From assembly GCA_963805975.1 (NCBI GenBank), contig CAWDVR010000005.1:544001-608000 (forward strand): DNA of 64,000 bases. Reading direction: 5' to 3'. Made by a program: the position numbers and the translations under genes. Below the pieces are notes generated by a model. The model did not search any database. It was given only the letters and a program-made list of their open reading frames with translations, and had not been told where the DNA came from. Within the stretch, counting starts at the first letter, position 1; the number at the start of each line of letters is the position of its first letter. Positions 62,161 through 64,000 of this stretch are shown here, one piece after another. The stretch comes from an uncultured Acidobacteriota bacterium. GTDB taxonomy: Bacteria; Acidobacteriota; Thermoanaerobaculia; Multivoradales; SZUA-115.

Positions 62161-62985
62161 ATGTTGGGGCTGCGAGGCGTCCGGAGGGTCTTTCTGGGTG
62201 GTTGTCTCCTCGTAGTGCCCTACTTCCCGGCGACCGCCGCGGAGCCGCCGGACACTGGTCATCGGCGAGACCTTCACCATCACCTCTGAGATCTTGGGCG
62301 AGACCCGGCGCATCAATGTCTACCTGCCGCCGGGCTATGCGGAGTCTCCTGATGCACGGGTTCCCGTGCTCTACATGCCGGACGGTGGCATGGCCGAGGA
62401 CTTCCTGCACGTGGCCGGGCTCGTCCAGGTCTCGGTGGGGAATGGGACGATGCGCCCATTCCTGCTGGTGGGGATCGAGAACACCGAGCGCCGCCGCGAC
62501 ATGACGGGCTCGACGGAGAACGAAGAGGACAAGAAGATCGCGCCACGGGTGGGAGGCTCCGCGGCGTTCCGGCGGTTCCTCCGCGAGGAGCTCATGCCGC
62601 AGGTGAAGGAGCGCTATCGCACGACCGAGGAAACGGCGATCGTGGGCGAGTCCCTGGCCGGGCTGTTCGTGGTGGAGACGTTCCTTCTGGAACCGGACCT
62701 GTTCGACATCTACTGGCGTTCGATCCCAGCCTCTGGTGGAACGACGGGAAGCTGGTCCAGGGAGCCGGAGAGAGGCTGCGGGCACAGCCCACGCTCAAGA
62801 AGACGCTGTATCTGGCGAGCAGCGACGAGAAAGGGCTCGCGGAGGCCGCGCAGCGCTTCGCCGATGTCCTCGCCGGGAACGCGCCCGCCGGCGTCCGCTG
62901 GCACTACGAGAAGATGCCGGAGGAGAAGCACTCCACGATCTATCATCCCGCCGCGCTCAAGGCTTTTCGCGCGATGCTCAAGTAG
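62161..62985 (+). CDS. Alpha/beta-hydrolase esterase (IroE/BesA-like), frameshifted near 62250 and 62714
   Basis: RRINVYLPP, VLYMPDG, GESLAG nucleophile elbow; continues in another frame as DPSLWWN...EKHSTIYHPAALKAFR to TAG at 62985. Confidence 0.82.
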
Positions 62986-63041
62986 AACCTGCCGGGGCGG
63001 CCGCCTGAACGACCGCCCCCACTCATGCGCTTCCGCGAGAC

Positions 63042-63470
63042 CTAGTACGGCATCTGGGTCTCGAAGATCGTGAAGCGGCCGCCCACCCCCGGCTCGGCCG
63101 CGCTGCAGGCGCCGGTCACGGTGCAGCTCTCGGTGTTCCAGTAGAGCGCCGGCCCCGGCCCGGGCAACCCGCGGTCCGCGTTGCAGGTGTAGGTGCAGGT
63201 CGCCGGGCAGCAGATGTAGGCGCCCTCGGCGTTGAAGCCGCAGGCCTGGTCGCTGGAGACGGTCTGTCTCACGCCGGCCATCGGACAGGCCTTGCCCTGG
63301 TCCTTGCCGGCGGCGAGCGGGTCGTAGGCGCCCACGATCATCAGCACGTCCCCGAAGCGGGCGATCTTGCCTTTCGGCACGGCGATCCGGGCCGGCGTGG
63401 CCTGGGCGGCGGTAGCCAGAAGCCCTGCTGCCAGGGCCAGGGAGAGGGCGGAGAGACGGAATCGATGCAT
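63042..63470 (-). CDS. Small secreted cysteine-rich protein
   Basis: GAGGAAG ribosome-binding site, signal peptide ending AQA, eight Cys in the mature part. Confidence 0.65.
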   Translation of the reverse strand: MHRFRLSALSLALAAGLLATAAQATPARIAVPKGKIARFGDVLMIVGAYDPLAAGKDQGKACPMAGVRQTVSSDQACGFNAEGAYICCPATCTYTCNADRGLPGPGPALYWNTESCTVTGACSAAEPGVGGRFTIFETQMPY

Positions 63471-63609
63471 GGTTTCTTCCTCCTGCGGTCGGCGCCACGA
63501 CCATCGCGGCTCGACCTTCACTCACTGACCGCGACACCACGGACGTTTTCTGGACATCCGAGAGCGGGTGCTAGAGTCGCTAAGCCTTGAGCGACTTCTG
63601 GAAGAGCCC

Positions 63610-64000
63610 TTGAGCCAGGACGACGGGACCATCGGAGCCGGGAGCGAAGTCCCCGGAAGCGAAGTCCCCGGAAGCGAGATCACGGTCTGGCTCGAGCGCT
63701 GGCGGGGAGGCGATCGCGGGGCGCTCGCCGAGCTCGTCCCCCTGCTCTATCGCGAGCTCCGAGAGGTGGCCCGCCGCACCCTGCGGCGTGAGCGCACCGG
63801 CCATACCCTCGCCACCACGGCCCTGGTGCACGAGGCCTACCTCCGCCTTCTCGACCAGCGAAAGATCGGGGCCCGCAACCGCGTCGAGTTCCTGGCGGTG
63901 GCGGGTCACACCATGCGCCGCCTGCTGGTGGACTACGCCCGGACTCGCAAGCGGGAGAAGCGGGGCGGCGGCCAGTCCGCCTTGCCGCTCGAAGAGGCCG
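63610..64000 (+). CDS. ECF-type sigma factor, TIGR02999-like (partial, runs off the window)
   Basis: ITVWLERWRGGD, LYRELREVA, HTLATTALVHEAYLRL, MRRLLVDYAR...KRGGG motifs. Confidence 0.9.
   Translation, partial: MSQDDGTIGAGSEVPGSEVPGSEITVWLERWRGGDRGALAELVPLLYRELREVARRTLRRERTGHTLATTALVHEAYLRLLDQRKIGARNRVEFLAVAGHTMRRLLVDYARTRKREKRGGGQSALPLEEA
63644..63677 (+). repeat. 15-bp in-frame tandem repeat
   Basis: GCGAAGTCCCCGGAA occurs twice plus a partial copy, encoding GSEVPGSEVPGSE. Confidence 0.8.

Noticed and set aside
61569-64000. Genomic island or prophage downstream of selC
   Set aside because: No integrase, phage gene or att duplication within the window.

Overview
A very GC-rich, gene-dense bacterial window. 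The gene content (PEGA proteins, an S9 peptidase, a TIGR02999-like ECF sigma factor, sulfatase-like proteins) suggests an Acidobacteriota-like organism, but that is inference only. In order: (1) a surface-glycan cluster at 1-14.7 kb with a Wzt-like tail, a radical SAM enzyme, several GT2/GT4 enzymes, a 2OG oxygenase, a GNAT, a Thr-type sulfatase-like protein and a PIG-L/GT2/coiled-coil fusion, interrupted by a JAB-motif lipoprotein and a serine hydrolase; (2) mixed housekeeping genes (S9 peptidase, ECF/anti-sigma/ybjQ, ogt, pncB, a TlpA-like protein); (3) a 1094-aa secreted FG-GAP protein; (4) an aerobic 2-aminobenzoyl-CoA (abm-like) cluster with a split monooxygenase/reductase and interleaved toxin-antitoxin genes; (5) blaI/blaR1-like genes with operator boxes, an MFS transporter, an Fe(III)-type ABC importer, sucA, terB and an ABC exporter; (6) a vapBC pair followed by a second VapC-like PIN domain fused through a Pro-rich linker to an intact DEAD-box RNA helicase, then a small CPXCG protein, which is the best candidate for an undescribed system; (7) REP-like palindromes, a TetR-TolC-MFP-RND efflux operon, tRNA-Sec and accessory genes. 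Several single-base frameshifts (methyltransferase, RND gene, esterase) look like sequencing or assembly errors. No CRISPR array, rRNA, integrase or transposase was seen.
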